From Pseudomonadota bacterium (GTDB lineage: Bacteria; Bdellovibrionota_B; Oligoflexia; Oligoflexales; CAIMVM01): DNA of 64,000 nt. Position numbers and translations under genes: made by a program. The DNA is taken from NCBI GenBank assembly GCA_037142195.1, contig JBAXBA010000010.1:2580-66579 (forward strand). The letters are read 5' to 3'. Of the stretch, positions 37,949 through 48,066 are shown piece after piece; within the stretch, counting starts at the first letter, position 1, and each line of letters begins with the position of its first letter. The notes under the pieces are model-generated. The model searched no databases and was not told where the DNA came from. It saw only the letters and a list, made by a program, of their open reading frames with translations.

Positions 37949-37981
37949 TGGCTTTTGTACAGCCATAATTAAGGAAAATGT

Positions 37982-40069
37982 ATGTCAGTAGTTCGTGAAG
38001 TGTTAGTTGGAAATCGCACCATCAAATTTGAATTTAATAAGTTTGCTAAACAAGCTAACGGCTCTGTCATGGTCACATCCGGTGGAACACAAGTTCTAGT
38101 TACCGCTTGTGCTTCGACTGGTGTTAAGGCTGGACAAGACTTTTTTCCCTTGGGCGTGGAGTATGTCGAAAAGATCTATGCAGCTGGTAGAATTCCAGGT
38201 GGATATAAAAAGCGTGAAGCTCGACCTGGGGATCATGAAATCCTTTCAGCTCGAGTCATAGATAGACCCCTTCGTCCTTGTTTTCCAGAAGGATTTTATA
38301 ATGAAGTCGTCATTTCCGCGACTGTGGTCTCCTATGAAAAAGGATTTAGCCCGCAACCACTTGCTGCCATCGGTGCTTCTTGCGCTTTAGTAATTTCGGA
38401 TATTCCTTTTAATGGTCCAGTAGCTTGCCTATCGATCGGACTTGAAAATGGAAACTTCATCATTGACCCCCCTGAAGATCAAATGACAGAACTTGATTTG
38501 ATGATTGCCTGTCGACCAGACGCAGTACTCATGGTCGAAGCCGGAGCTAAATTCCTAAGTGAAGAGCAAATGATTTCTGCCATTGAGTTTGCTCAAAAGT
38601 CTATGGAACCTATCTTTGCTATGCAAGACAGTATCCGCAAAGAGCTAGGTAAGCCAAAGATGGAATACACCCCAATGACGACACCTGCGGACATAGCCAA
38701 GAAGGTAAACGACTTTGCCGCTGCTTTAGTCAAAACAGCCATGGCTAAGCCAGTAAAGCTGGATCGCCAGAAAAGTCTCGCAGAGATCAAATCCAATTTG
38801 ATCAAAGAACTTAATCCCGAGGTCCAAGACGCTGCAAGTAAAGTCCTCGCTCAGGCCTTCGAAGATCTCACTTATTCTCACATGAGAGCGATGGTTTTAG
38901 ATGAAAGAGTCCGTATCGATGGACGTAAACTCAATCAGATCCGTCCTATCTCTTGTGAAGTAGGGCTGCTCTTTAAACCCCACGGCTCGTCTCTATTCAC
39001 GCGCGGTGAAACTCAAGCACTTGCGACTGTGACACTAGGCGCTGCTGATGACCGCCTACGCTCAGAGACTCTTTACAATGCCGACAATAATGAGAGATTT
39101 ATGCTCCATTACAACTTCCCTGCGTTCTCCGTAGGCGAAGCGAGAATGGCAAGATCTTTGGGCCGTCGTGAAATCGGCCACGGCGCTTTAGCTCACCGTG
39201 CTCTAGCACAAGTGATGCCCACAGAAAATGAATTCGGCTACGTTGTGCGCGTCGTTGCTGAGGTGTTAGAATCCAACGGGTCCTCCTCCATGGCCACTGT
39301 GTGCTCTGGGTCCATGGCTCTTCTTCACGCCGGTGTACCCATTAAAGAGCCCGTTGCTGGAATTGCAATGGGGCTTATTAAAGAAGGTGATAAGTACGCA
39401 GTACTTTCCGACATCTTAGGCGATGAAGACCATCTCGGTGACATGGACTTTAAGGTTTGTGGAACGGAAAAAGGCATTACAGCTCTTCAGATGGACATCA
39501 AAATAGGTGGACTCTCCAAGCAGATTCTTTCTGAAGCATTGCAACAGGCAAAAGAAGGACGCAAGCATATCCTAGGAAAGATGGCGGAAGCCATTACTGT
39601 GCCTGCTGCACTTAGCAAGTTCGCACCTCAAATCTTCAAACTCAAGGTCAATCCCGATAAGATTCGTGATGTGATTGGCTCAGGCGGCAAAAACATTAAG
39701 AGAATCGTAGCTGAAACTGGCGTAAAAATTGATATTGACGACAACGGCATTATCAACATTGCCGCACCAGACACCCTTTCTGCCGAAGCTGCTAAAACCA
39801 TGATTAGAAATTTAACAACAGATCCTGAAGTTGGTGAAGTCTATCTTGGCAAGGTCAAAAGAGTTGTGGATTTTGGTGCCTTCATTGAAATTCGTCAAGG
39901 AACGGAAGGACTTTGTCATATTTCCCAACTTGCTGACTATAGAGTGGAAAGAGTCACGGATATCATCAAAGAAGGCGATGAAGTGATGGTTAAAGTCATC
40001 GAAATTGACCGTCAGGGACGCATTAAATTGTCTAGAAAAGAAGCTTTAGAGCAAGCGCCTGCAAAATAG
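37982..40069 (+). CDS. pnp: Polyribonucleotide nucleotidyltransferase (PNPase)
   Basis: 695 aa. Has two RNase PH domains, the DHLGDMDFKV motif, and C-terminal KH (IGSGGKNIKRI) and S1 (GKVKRVVDFGAFIEI) domains. Confidence 0.97.
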   Translation: MSVVREVLVGNRTIKFEFNKFAKQANGSVMVTSGGTQVLVTACASTGVKAGQDFFPLGVEYVEKIYAAGRIPGGYKKREARPGDHEILSARVIDRPLRPCFPEGFYNEVVISATVVSYEKGFSPQPLAAIGASCALVISDIPFNGPVACLSIGLENGNFIIDPPEDQMTELDLMIACRPDAVLMVEAGAKFLSEEQMISAIEFAQKSMEPIFAMQDSIRKELGKPKMEYTPMTTPADIAKKVNDFAAALVKTAMAKPVKLDRQKSLAEIKSNLIKELNPEVQDAASKVLAQAFEDLTYSHMRAMVLDERVRIDGRKLNQIRPISCEVGLLFKPHGSSLFTRGETQALATVTLGAADDRLRSETLYNADNNERFMLHYNFPAFSVGEARMARSLGRREIGHGALAHRALAQVMPTENEFGYVVRVVAEVLESNGSSSMATVCSGSMALLHAGVPIKEPVAGIAMGLIKEGDKYAVLSDILGDEDHLGDMDFKVCGTEKGITALQMDIKIGGLSKQILSEALQQAKEGRKHILGKMAEAITVPAALSKFAPQIFKLKVNPDKIRDVIGSGGKNIKRIVAETGVKIDIDDNGIINIAAPDTLSAEAAKTMIRNLTTDPEVGEVYLGKVKRVVDFGAFIEIRQGTEGLCHISQLADYRVERVTDIIKEGDEVMVKVIEIDRQGRIKLSRKEALEQAPAK

Positions 40070-40106
40070 GCCTAAAAATCTATTTTATACCTGCGTATAG
40101 AAATGG

Positions 40107-40146
40107 ATTCCCATCAACCTGATGAAGGCTGGTGGGAATTTTTTTC
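40107..40146 (+). terminator. Rho-independent terminator after pnp
   Basis: ATTCCCATC...GGTGGGAAT forms a 9-bp stem with one G-U pair, followed by a T7 run. Confidence 0.8.
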
Positions 40147-40186
40147 ATTTTAGTTTACAAAGGCAAAAACATAAAAGGACATCATA

Positions 40187-40642
40187 ATGATTACACTTCG
40201 CACTGCTCCTGGAAATGAAGAACTGCTTCCAGCCTACGGAACTGCCGCTAGTGCTGGCGCTGATTTGAAGAGCGCCATTGATTTGGTAATTCCTGCTGGT
40301 AAGCACGCTCGCGTTCCTACGGGAACTTGGATCGATAGAGTCCACAATGATTATGAATCTCAGGGACTTATTCCAGAGCTTCAAATTCGCGCTCGAAGCG
40401 GATTAGCCGCTAAGTTTGGAATTACTCTTTCCAATGCAGTGGGCACCGTTGATGCTGACTATCCAGATGAAATCTGTGTATTACTTTGGAATACCGGATC
40501 ACAAGATTTTGCTATCCAACGCGGGGACCGCATTGCACAGCTCGTGCTGAATATGGTGGGAAGAATTGATAACCTTTTAGTGGGTGGCAAGCGACTAGGC
40601 GGATTTGGTTCTACTGGAATTAGCGAAAACATCACGTTTTAA
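40187..40642 (+). CDS. dut: dUTP diphosphatase
   Basis: 151 aa. Has AGADL, RSGLAAKFGITLSNAVGTVDADY, GDRIAQLV and the C-terminal RLGGFGSTG motifs. Confidence 0.93.
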   Translation: MITLRTAPGNEELLPAYGTAASAGADLKSAIDLVIPAGKHARVPTGTWIDRVHNDYESQGLIPELQIRARSGLAAKFGITLSNAVGTVDADYPDEICVLLWNTGSQDFAIQRGDRIAQLVLNMVGRIDNLLVGGKRLGGFGSTGISENITF

Positions 40643-40902
40643 TTCTAAACAGCCAAGATGCTTTCATGGCGAAGGCATCCTGGCTGTCCTAAAACTTTAG
40701 ACTAGGCCACAATGAGAGCATCCTACATGCCTCCACAATCTGACTGCTAATTAAAATGATTCCCACCGCATGATACCTATGGATGTTAACCAACAAAATC
40801 ATTGGGAGCTTTTCTGGAAGCGTCGGAGACTTAACAACTAGTGAAATTTCTATTTTATAAGTACAGCTTCTTCAAAAGCCTTTTCTGGCGCTAAAGGCGA
40901 CC

Positions 40903-41166
40903 CTAATCCTCGGGGACTATAAACATCAAGACTAGTTGACGAGCAAAATGGTCTCTTTGCTCTTGGGCTGCTAGACCATCCTGAGGAGCAAGCCCCGCAA
41001 AGCTCCAAAATATTTGAGCTGCAGAAATGTTGGCAAATTCCCCTATAAGCCTGCTTTTCCCAATTCTTCGTCGCCCTTTAACTACGGCACTGGGCATTTT
41101 CTTATTATATAAACCTTCTAGCCGCTCTATTTCACGCTTGCGGCCGATAAATACAGAACGCGACAT
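40903..41166 (-). pseudogene. Truncated N-terminal remnant of an Arch_ATPase/DUF234-type AAA ATPase
   Basis: The 87-aa ORF FIGRKREIERLEGLYNKKMPSAVVKGRRRIGKSRLIGEFA resembles the first ~60 aa of ~450-aa ATP-binding proteins. The P-loop region appears shortened and the frame ends early. The flanks contain only short broken frames. Confidence 0.5.
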
Positions 41167-41759
41167 GGCGGCCTATTTATGCTTAAAATGAAATATGGGC
41201 TATTTTGAGCAGCAATATAAGAAAATCATATTTGCTCAAGATCGTGTTTTCATCATTTTGAGCATAAATTGATCCCGGTCGGCGGGTGCTGAGATTTAGC
41301 GATATACTTTGAAAGCAGCACTTCCTAAATGCTTGGCTGGTTTCTGAAAATCCGACATTTCGCAATCTCAATCGGTAAGAATCTGAATTTTTTAAAAATA
41401 TCCTAAGGGGAGCATCAAAGGCGTGAGGCCAGTAATCACCCGCCAAGCAACTTGCTCCCGTATGTCTGCATTCTGTGAAAGGAACGGAACAGAAATAGGA
41501 AAAGTCCCAATTTTCCAAAAATCAAGGATCTTGCAGAGGTCATGCTTGATCGGATTGAGTAATTACGCACGGCTAATAAAATCGGCCCCAATGCAGATCT
41601 GCAAAAAAAATCATAAAAAAATATGTGGTTGCCATAATTCAGGTTATTAGGAGAATCAAAGGAAACTTGGAAATCGCGCCGCTTCCCTTAGAAACCTTCT
41701 TTTTGGGTGTTCTGTTGAAAAGCAACTCAACTATAGAGGCCCCCAAATCTAAGTTATTT

Positions 41760-43499
41760 TTAAGCTGCTGTTTTATCTAAAGCACGCCTAATAAGCGCAT
41801 TTCCTTGGTCGAACTTTCCTTCTTCTAGGTAAGCACGTCCTAGGCCCATCATAATGCTTGGATGGTCTCCCATCGTCTCATAGGCGCGTTCTAAAAACTT
41901 TCTGGCTTGTTTTCGATCGGGCATTATCGAGGAAATTCGATTAATCGCCGCCGTAGCAGAAAAATCTGAGCCTGGCATTCCCAGTGATTTTTCTATCCAC
42001 CAAATAGCTTCTGACAAAAGCCCCCCATCAGCACAAGCATTAGCCATTCCCACCGCCACTTTTTGCTTCGTAGGATCAATGGCATGAGCCTTACTAAAGA
42101 AAGTCAATGCTTCATCACTTGCTTTGCTGCGAAGAGAGATAACACCAAGTCCTATATAGGCATCTGTACAATTTCTATCATAGGAAAGGGCTCGCTCATA
42201 GGAGGATGATCCCTTATCAAAGTCTCCCATATCTACTTCAAGGTCTCCCTTAAGTCGCCATACCTGAGCTTTTTGTCGATCAGTGACATTGACCTTGAGC
42301 AACAGATCATCAAGCATCGTGATCGCGTCCAAATGGCGCCCTTTGGGAATAAGCTCCTCAATTTGAGTCAAGATGGTTTCAAAGTTATGAATAGGCACCT
42401 CACTTTGGATATAAGACTTTAGGAGCATCTTGAGTACAATTCGCGATGACTCGCCTTCCACTATTAACTTATGTCTCATCTGATGGGTTCTATCATCAAG
42501 ACCTCTTAGGGTTGCTAGTGTATTAAGGCATGCCACAAGGCTCTCTGGTCCTGTACCAGCCGTTCTCAATTTAAGGTCTTTTACAATTTCGGCCTGATGC
42601 CCTTCAGGAGACAAAATAATTTCAGCACCATCGACAAATGCTTGCTGAGCATAACCTAAGAATGGCACCAGCATTTCGTGATCTTCAACCAAACTTGGAA
42701 TATAGAAATCTGCAGCGGAGATCATATCTTTTAGAAACGGCCTGAGGTCTTGCTCCAAGAATAAAGTTGTCCCTTGTAATCCAAGCCTAGACGCAGAGAG
42801 TTTAAGATTTGCCGCATTGGAACCACTTCCCGCCATAATCCATATTGGGGACTGATCACCATACTTAACAGTTTGAGAAAGCTTAGCAGCGTCGATAACT
42901 GTTTCATTACCTCGACCAACCTCGAATAGATCATGGTAGATAACAAGATCTCTTTCGGCTGGAATCCCAAAGTAGCTTCTAAATTTTAGACCATTGCCAT
43001 TTAGTTTAACCGCAGCAACAGACGGCGAGGATACCAATATTTTTGAGTCATCAACCCCTTCGTCTAAAAGTACCGAACGGGAGCGCTCTGAAAATGTCAC
43101 AAACTTCTTTGCATGCAAATTAATATCAAACTTAATAGCTCTCGTATTAATTCGTGCTTCATTATATTGATACTGAACTCCTGAATAGAAAACCATAAAT
43201 GGCAATGAGTATTTGGATGCCAGACGACATGCTTGAAAGGAGGCAATGGAGGAGTTGTCTGTAGCAATCACCAATCCCACATCATCAAGGATAGAGTCCA
43301 AATTAGGTAAATAGCCTAACATCCGAGAATCTTCATGAAAGAAGCAAAAATCCACATGAAATTGAGAAAAAGCGGTAAGAGAAGGCGGTATTAAGCCGGC
43401 CACTTTAATTGGCAAATCCTGAGAAAGCTGCTCTAGAACTGGTACTAACCACCAGTCTTGAGGTTTTGAAATGACTACTAGAATTTTTTTCTCATTCAT
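41760..43499 (-). CDS. GT-B (GT4-like) glycosyltransferase-fold domain fused to C-terminal TPR repeats
   Basis: The N-terminal ~330 aa follow the GT4 layout (KILVV..., FGIPAERDLVIY..., IWIMAGSGSNAANLKLSASRLGLQGTTLFLEQ...AADFYIPS). The catalytic residues look degenerate. The C-terminal ~200 aa are TPR (AYIGLGVISLRSKASDEALTFFSKAHAIDP). Confidence 0.55.
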   Translation of the reverse strand: MNEKKILVVISKPQDWWLVPVLEQLSQDLPIKVAGLIPPSLTAFSQFHVDFCFFHEDSRMLGYLPNLDSILDDVGLVIATDNSSIASFQACRLASKYSLPFMVFYSGVQYQYNEARINTRAIKFDINLHAKKFVTFSERSRSVLLDEGVDDSKILVSSPSVAAVKLNGNGLKFRSYFGIPAERDLVIYHDLFEVGRGNETVIDAAKLSQTVKYGDQSPIWIMAGSGSNAANLKLSASRLGLQGTTLFLEQDLRPFLKDMISAADFYIPSLVEDHEMLVPFLGYAQQAFVDGAEIILSPEGHQAEIVKDLKLRTAGTGPESLVACLNTLATLRGLDDRTHQMRHKLIVEGESSRIVLKMLLKSYIQSEVPIHNFETILTQIEELIPKGRHLDAITMLDDLLLKVNVTDRQKAQVWRLKGDLEVDMGDFDKGSSSYERALSYDRNCTDAYIGLGVISLRSKASDEALTFFSKAHAIDPTKQKVAVGMANACADGGLLSEAIWWIEKSLGMPGSDFSATAAINRISSIMPDRKQARKFLERAYETMGDHPSIMMGLGRAYLEEGKFDQGNALIRRALDKTAA

Positions 43500-43508
43500 A
43501 AGAGCATC

Positions 43509-45971
43509 TCAGTGAGAAAGGGCGTTTGAAACGCCGGGTTTATTTTTCTTCCACGACTCTAGAGGGACTCGAAATATATCCTGAAAGGGTTGGCGGAGAT
43601 CTGGTGAGTCTACTTTTACTCCAAACTCTAAATCCTTAGATTGAGTTTTGGCTGCTACTAGTAACGGAAAAAGAAGCTTAATTTGACTCCTCGCAGGAAT
43701 TTCCGGTATTCGTCTCTTAAAGTCAGAAAGATCAGCTTGTTGACCCGCTAAGTTTCCGACATAGACATCGACGTTTGACATTTTGACTATGGAATCATTC
43801 GTCAAATTTACGACCAACGTGGAATTTGGGAGAAAACGAGAATCCGCAACCACGCCCCCCACTTTATCCTTCTCCAAATCGACATTTATTCGTGCAAATG
43901 AATACCCTCGCTCCTCGATCCGCACCGGTATGCGGACGATCGTTGATTCCACAGGCTCTCCGTTAACCGCTAAACCGACGTCAAAAAATGCTGTTTTTTC
44001 GGTGAAATTGCTTGGAAGTGATACCGGAACACGATCAGTCAACCTCGTGTTGGGTTCAATTTTCCCAAGAAGCTTCTCAGCTTCGACTCCTAATTCTCCT
44101 CGCACAAATACCGACACACGACCACTTGCTTCGCGTCCGCGATTAGAGGTCGTAAATCTTATATCTAAATCTCTTCCTGGAAATGCTTCACCAACCTGAA
44201 CTGCAGTGAACTCTAAGTGACTTGAATCTAGAGAGCCATCTTTCCAATTGACTTGAAATTTGTCATCTAGCCAGCTGTAAACTTCATTGCTGCTTTTAAC
44301 TAGCCAAGTATTGATGTCTCCAGCCAAAGCAGCCGAAAAATGGGACGCCCTGAACTTTATTTGGTCCTGAAACTCCTGATCAAAAGATTTAGAGAATAGA
44401 AACTTTGAAAATTCAAGCTCCTCATCGATAGTAGTCGTGGAGAATTCATCTTTTTCATCACTTAAGTAGAAGCCTTCAAAGGCACTCTTTGACCAAAGTG
44501 ATTTTGATTTGTCATCATTTTGTAAATGCTGGTCCAAGAATGCTTCTGAGCGATACCGGCTTACTGGAAGAATATTAGAATTAAATTTTGTTTTTTCTAC
44601 TGGATTGATGACTACATCGGGTACAACACCAAAGCTTTGAATACTTCTCCCATTGGGTGTGTAGTATCGAGCGATCGTAATTTTGACTGCAGAGTCTCCT
44701 GGAAGCTCAAATACAGTTTGAACAGATCCTTTACCAAAAGATTTCTGCCCGACAACAAGTGCTCGGTTGTGATCTTGAAGCGCACCAGCTACGATCTCAC
44801 TCGCAGAAGCTGATTCCCCATTGATGAGCACTACCATGGGGATATAGACCTCATGTTCGCCACTGGTTACCATTTCCGTCTCTTCTCGCCGCCCTTTAGT
44901 TGCGACAATCACCCCAGAATCTACAAACTGATCTACGACGGCTACGGCCTGATCTAATAGACCACCTGGATTAGACCTTAAGTCTAAGATCATGGCTTTT
45001 CGCCCTGGATTATGTGTTTTAAAGTGCTGCATGGCTTCTGCAACTTGGGTAGCTGTACGATTTGAAAAGGAATCAATCGTCAAATGCAATACACTTCCGT
45101 TAGGCAAAGCCAAAACTTCAGACGTCACAGATTCCACCTGAATCACCTCTCGCCTGAGGGCAAGAGCTTCAGAAGTTAACGCCCCATCCCGGAGAAGGTG
45201 CAGCTTGACTTCAGTCCCTGGCGCTCCCCTCATTACATCTATAAGGTGATCCAATGTTGCACCAAAAGTTTTGTGACCATCAATGGAAAGTATTTTATCT
45301 CTTCTCTTGATTCCAGATTTGGCTGCAGGACTATAGGGAATAGGTTTGATCACTGTTAAAACAGAATCTCGCATGCCTACCATCACTCCAAGGCCCCCGA
45401 ACACTCCCTCAGTACCCTGCTTCAAATCTAGATAGTCTTCAGGAGTCAAATATGCGGAATGGGCATCTAAAGCAAGAAGTAGGCTTCTAGAAAAAGAAAA
45501 TGGCTTGAGATTAGGCTGTGACTTTCCAAAAAACTTTTCCATGTTGACGACCCAAGACAGGAGGTCTGAATACCCAGTCTTATCAGGACGGGGAATCTGC
45601 TCGGACACCCCATTCAAAGAAATTTTTGAACTCGATTTTGTGGCCTCATAGGAAACCCCTGGAATGCGTTTTAAGACAGATTCCCCGATTTTAATCAAAT
45701 TCACGCTGTCAACACGAGACTGATCTACGTAGTACCCCTGGATAACCGATAGTATAGAGTCCACCGTAAGAACAATATTCGCCTCAGAACGACGCTCAGC
45801 CTCCGACATGGGCGAAGCTGTGTTGAAGTCATTAGAATCGGCAACAGCATTCCTAAATCCAATGGTGATCCTACTGAAATGGATAACGAGGAAGACTATG
45901 ATGAGAAGTACGCCACCGACACCTACCGGCTTAGCTAACTTTCTATTGGTTTTTATTAATGACATAGGCAA
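43509..45971 (-). CDS. S41 family C-terminal processing peptidase with PDZ domain and a long C-terminal extension
   Basis: Has an N-terminal TM anchor, a PDZ domain (SPAAKSGIKRRDKILSIDG), LDLRSNPGGLLDQAV, the catalytic-Ser region NGESASASEIVAGALQD and the Lys region SFGKGSVQTVF. About 340 aa beyond the protease core are unassigned. The start is TTG 45971 or ATG 45965. Confidence 0.85.
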   Translation of the reverse strand: MPMSLIKTNRKLAKPVGVGGVLLIIVFLVIHFSRITIGFRNAVADSNDFNTASPMSEAERRSEANIVLTVDSILSVIQGYYVDQSRVDSVNLIKIGESVLKRIPGVSYEATKSSSKISLNGVSEQIPRPDKTGYSDLLSWVVNMEKFFGKSQPNLKPFSFSRSLLLALDAHSAYLTPEDYLDLKQGTEGVFGGLGVMVGMRDSVLTVIKPIPYSPAAKSGIKRRDKILSIDGHKTFGATLDHLIDVMRGAPGTEVKLHLLRDGALTSEALALRREVIQVESVTSEVLALPNGSVLHLTIDSFSNRTATQVAEAMQHFKTHNPGRKAMILDLRSNPGGLLDQAVAVVDQFVDSGVIVATKGRREETEMVTSGEHEVYIPMVVLINGESASASEIVAGALQDHNRALVVGQKSFGKGSVQTVFELPGDSAVKITIARYYTPNGRSIQSFGVVPDVVINPVEKTKFNSNILPVSRYRSEAFLDQHLQNDDKSKSLWSKSAFEGFYLSDEKDEFSTTTIDEELEFSKFLFSKSFDQEFQDQIKFRASHFSAALAGDINTWLVKSSNEVYSWLDDKFQVNWKDGSLDSSHLEFTAVQVGEAFPGRDLDIRFTTSNRGREASGRVSVFVRGELGVEAEKLLGKIEPNTRLTDRVPVSLPSNFTEKTAFFDVGLAVNGEPVESTIVRIPVRIEERGYSFARINVDLEKDKVGGVVADSRFLPNSTLVVNLTNDSIVKMSNVDVYVGNLAGQQADLSDFKRRIPEIPARSQIKLLFPLLVAAKTQSKDLEFGVKVDSPDLRQPFQDIFRVPLESWKKNKPGVSNALSH

Positions 45972-46241
45972 ATATCCTCTAGGAACTTTCTACCCATCGG
46001 AATCTAAATTCAAAGGACTTACATCCTGAAACCAAAAATCAGCAATATTGGAAGTTTAGGGTAATTTTTGTGCATGGCCGCATGAGCTCTATCGATGGCT
46101 GTGCATAGTTCGGCTCCTTTAGGAATCTCGAAGAAATTTAAAAAAGTGTTTTTTTTACGCCTCGTTAGAACATTTAAGTCAAGTCTTTCAGAGGGACAGC
46201 CGAGGGGAATGTGAAGATAAGAGATTGAAGGTGGGCTAGTT

Positions 46242-47840
46242 ATGGATGATTTTATCAGAAAAATTAAAAGCGAATCCTTGGCAGGAATTCCTTTGAAACC
46301 CTTATTTCAAGCCCAAAGAAACCTAAATCGCATAAAGGTCTTTCTGATCACGTTACTTTTTCTGACAGCATCTCCTTCCTATGCAGAAAGGCATACTTTT
46401 TCAGAATCAGCAAAGCTCCATGAACTCACTTCAAAAAGCACAAACCAAAGTTTAGCTGCAGACCGTACTTTCGAAGAACTAGAGCTGTCTTTGTTGAGCT
46501 CCTCTGCAACTGTGGATTCTGATAGTGAGCTTATTAGAAAGTTTCAATTGAACTCATCTGATCCCAAATGGCCCTATCTTCTAAGTATTTTGTATTTGAA
46601 ACTCAAAGTACAAGGTGAAGATGACAACAACTACCTACTCGATTCTTCGGCAAGAATGGCAAGACAGTCTTTTGAAATGTCTCGCGGAGATTCCTTTGGA
46701 TATTTAGCCCTGGCCAATCTTTTAAGTTTTGGAAAACAGCATGAAAAAGCCTTAAATATATTGGAGAAGATTAAGGGAGCATTTCCTAAGGAAAGCTGGC
46801 GAGCTGACCTGTTCGAGATTAAGTTTCTATTTGCTGCAGGTCGCGCTAAAGAGGCCGTGGCAAAAATACAGCTCATTATGAGAAATGAAAATAAATCCGT
46901 GAGATTGACCGCCATGAACCTATGTGCCCATCTGTGTGATGAAAATTTGGGTTCGATCGCCGAAAAAGACTTGTTAGTTTGGTCTAAGTCGAGCCCATCC
47001 CCTGACACTACGATAGTGTCTGCGCATTACTTCTCTACAAAAGGTCAAACAGATCAGGTTCGAAAAACACTAAAAGACGGTCTAAAGAGTTTCCCCGCCA
47101 ACATCGTGTTGATGCGTGAGCTCGCTTTTGAGCTCACCTCAAACTCTCCCACAAACCCTGACTACGCGATTAAGTTGTTGGAATCTAGCCAAAATCTGAC
47201 ACATGCAGCTACTATTCCCAGTAAGGAGCTTGCACTGAGATCTTCGGATTTTAAAACTATAGGCTTCGCATGGCTGCTTAAGAAAAATATAAATCACGCT
47301 GAATCCTATTATTTAAAAGCTCTTGCACTTAATCCTACCCCTGAGTTTGTCTTGAAAGTAATAGACGACTATCGGTCCGAGAAGTTAACAAGAGCTAGCC
47401 TATCATTTCTTGAAAAAGCAATCGAGATTTGTCCAGGCAGTTCTTCTCTACATGCCTTAAGAGGTGAGCTATATTCTGAGGAATTAAAAGGATTTTCGAT
47501 GTCTGAGAATTCCTACTTTGATGCCATTTCCTTAAATCCACGGGAATCTTCGCACTTCAATTCTCTGGGACTTCTCTATTACAAATTTAATAACCTCGAA
47601 AAGGCAATGACTTCATTTGCAGTTGCCACAGCACTCAATCCAACAGATGCAAATGCTTTTTATAATCTTGCGTGTGTAGAAGCTTTAACCGGAATGAAGG
47701 AAAAGGCTCTTGCAGCCCTAAAGAAAGCTATTGAACTCTCCCCAAACTTGCAAGCTCTAGCCACTACCGACAGGGACTTAAATAGCCTGCATGTTATGCC
47801 AGGCTTCTCTGAATTGACTTCAGGCACCCCTAGCCATTAG
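46242..47840 (+). CDS. Secreted/anchored TPR-repeat protein
   Basis: 532 aa with a hydrophobic segment at residues 31-45. Has multiple TPR-like units, for example AESYYLKALALNP and ANAFYNLACVEALTGMKEKALAALKKAIELSP. Confidence 0.7.
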   Translation: MDDFIRKIKSESLAGIPLKPLFQAQRNLNRIKVFLITLLFLTASPSYAERHTFSESAKLHELTSKSTNQSLAADRTFEELELSLLSSSATVDSDSELIRKFQLNSSDPKWPYLLSILYLKLKVQGEDDNNYLLDSSARMARQSFEMSRGDSFGYLALANLLSFGKQHEKALNILEKIKGAFPKESWRADLFEIKFLFAAGRAKEAVAKIQLIMRNENKSVRLTAMNLCAHLCDENLGSIAEKDLLVWSKSSPSPDTTIVSAHYFSTKGQTDQVRKTLKDGLKSFPANIVLMRELAFELTSNSPTNPDYAIKLLESSQNLTHAATIPSKELALRSSDFKTIGFAWLLKKNINHAESYYLKALALNPTPEFVLKVIDDYRSEKLTRASLSFLEKAIEICPGSSSLHALRGELYSEELKGFSMSENSYFDAISLNPRESSHFNSLGLLYYKFNNLEKAMTSFAVATALNPTDANAFYNLACVEALTGMKEKALAALKKAIELSPNLQALATTDRDLNSLHVMPGFSELTSGTPSH

Positions 47841-48066
47841 TTGTCCTGGGGATGGAAAGAATTTAGAAAAGCCAACTGCGGATATAGGCCCCACATTTGG
47901 CGAGATTTCGTTAAATGGCAAAATGGCCCACAATCCATCCAACAAAGAAGAATTGCCAGCCACCATAAGAGCTTTAAAGCCGTTCAAGGAGTCTCTAAAA
48001 CGCAACCGTCACTTGAGGACCCTAATAAAGATCGCCTCAATTTTAAATCATTGGGAATTGAGCTGC

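Noticed and set aside
41183-41650. ORFs 41183-41518 (-) and 41423-41650 (+)
   Set aside because: They overlap each other and are Cys/Phe/Ser-rich with no SD or homology. They are treated as non-coding DNA of a decayed region.
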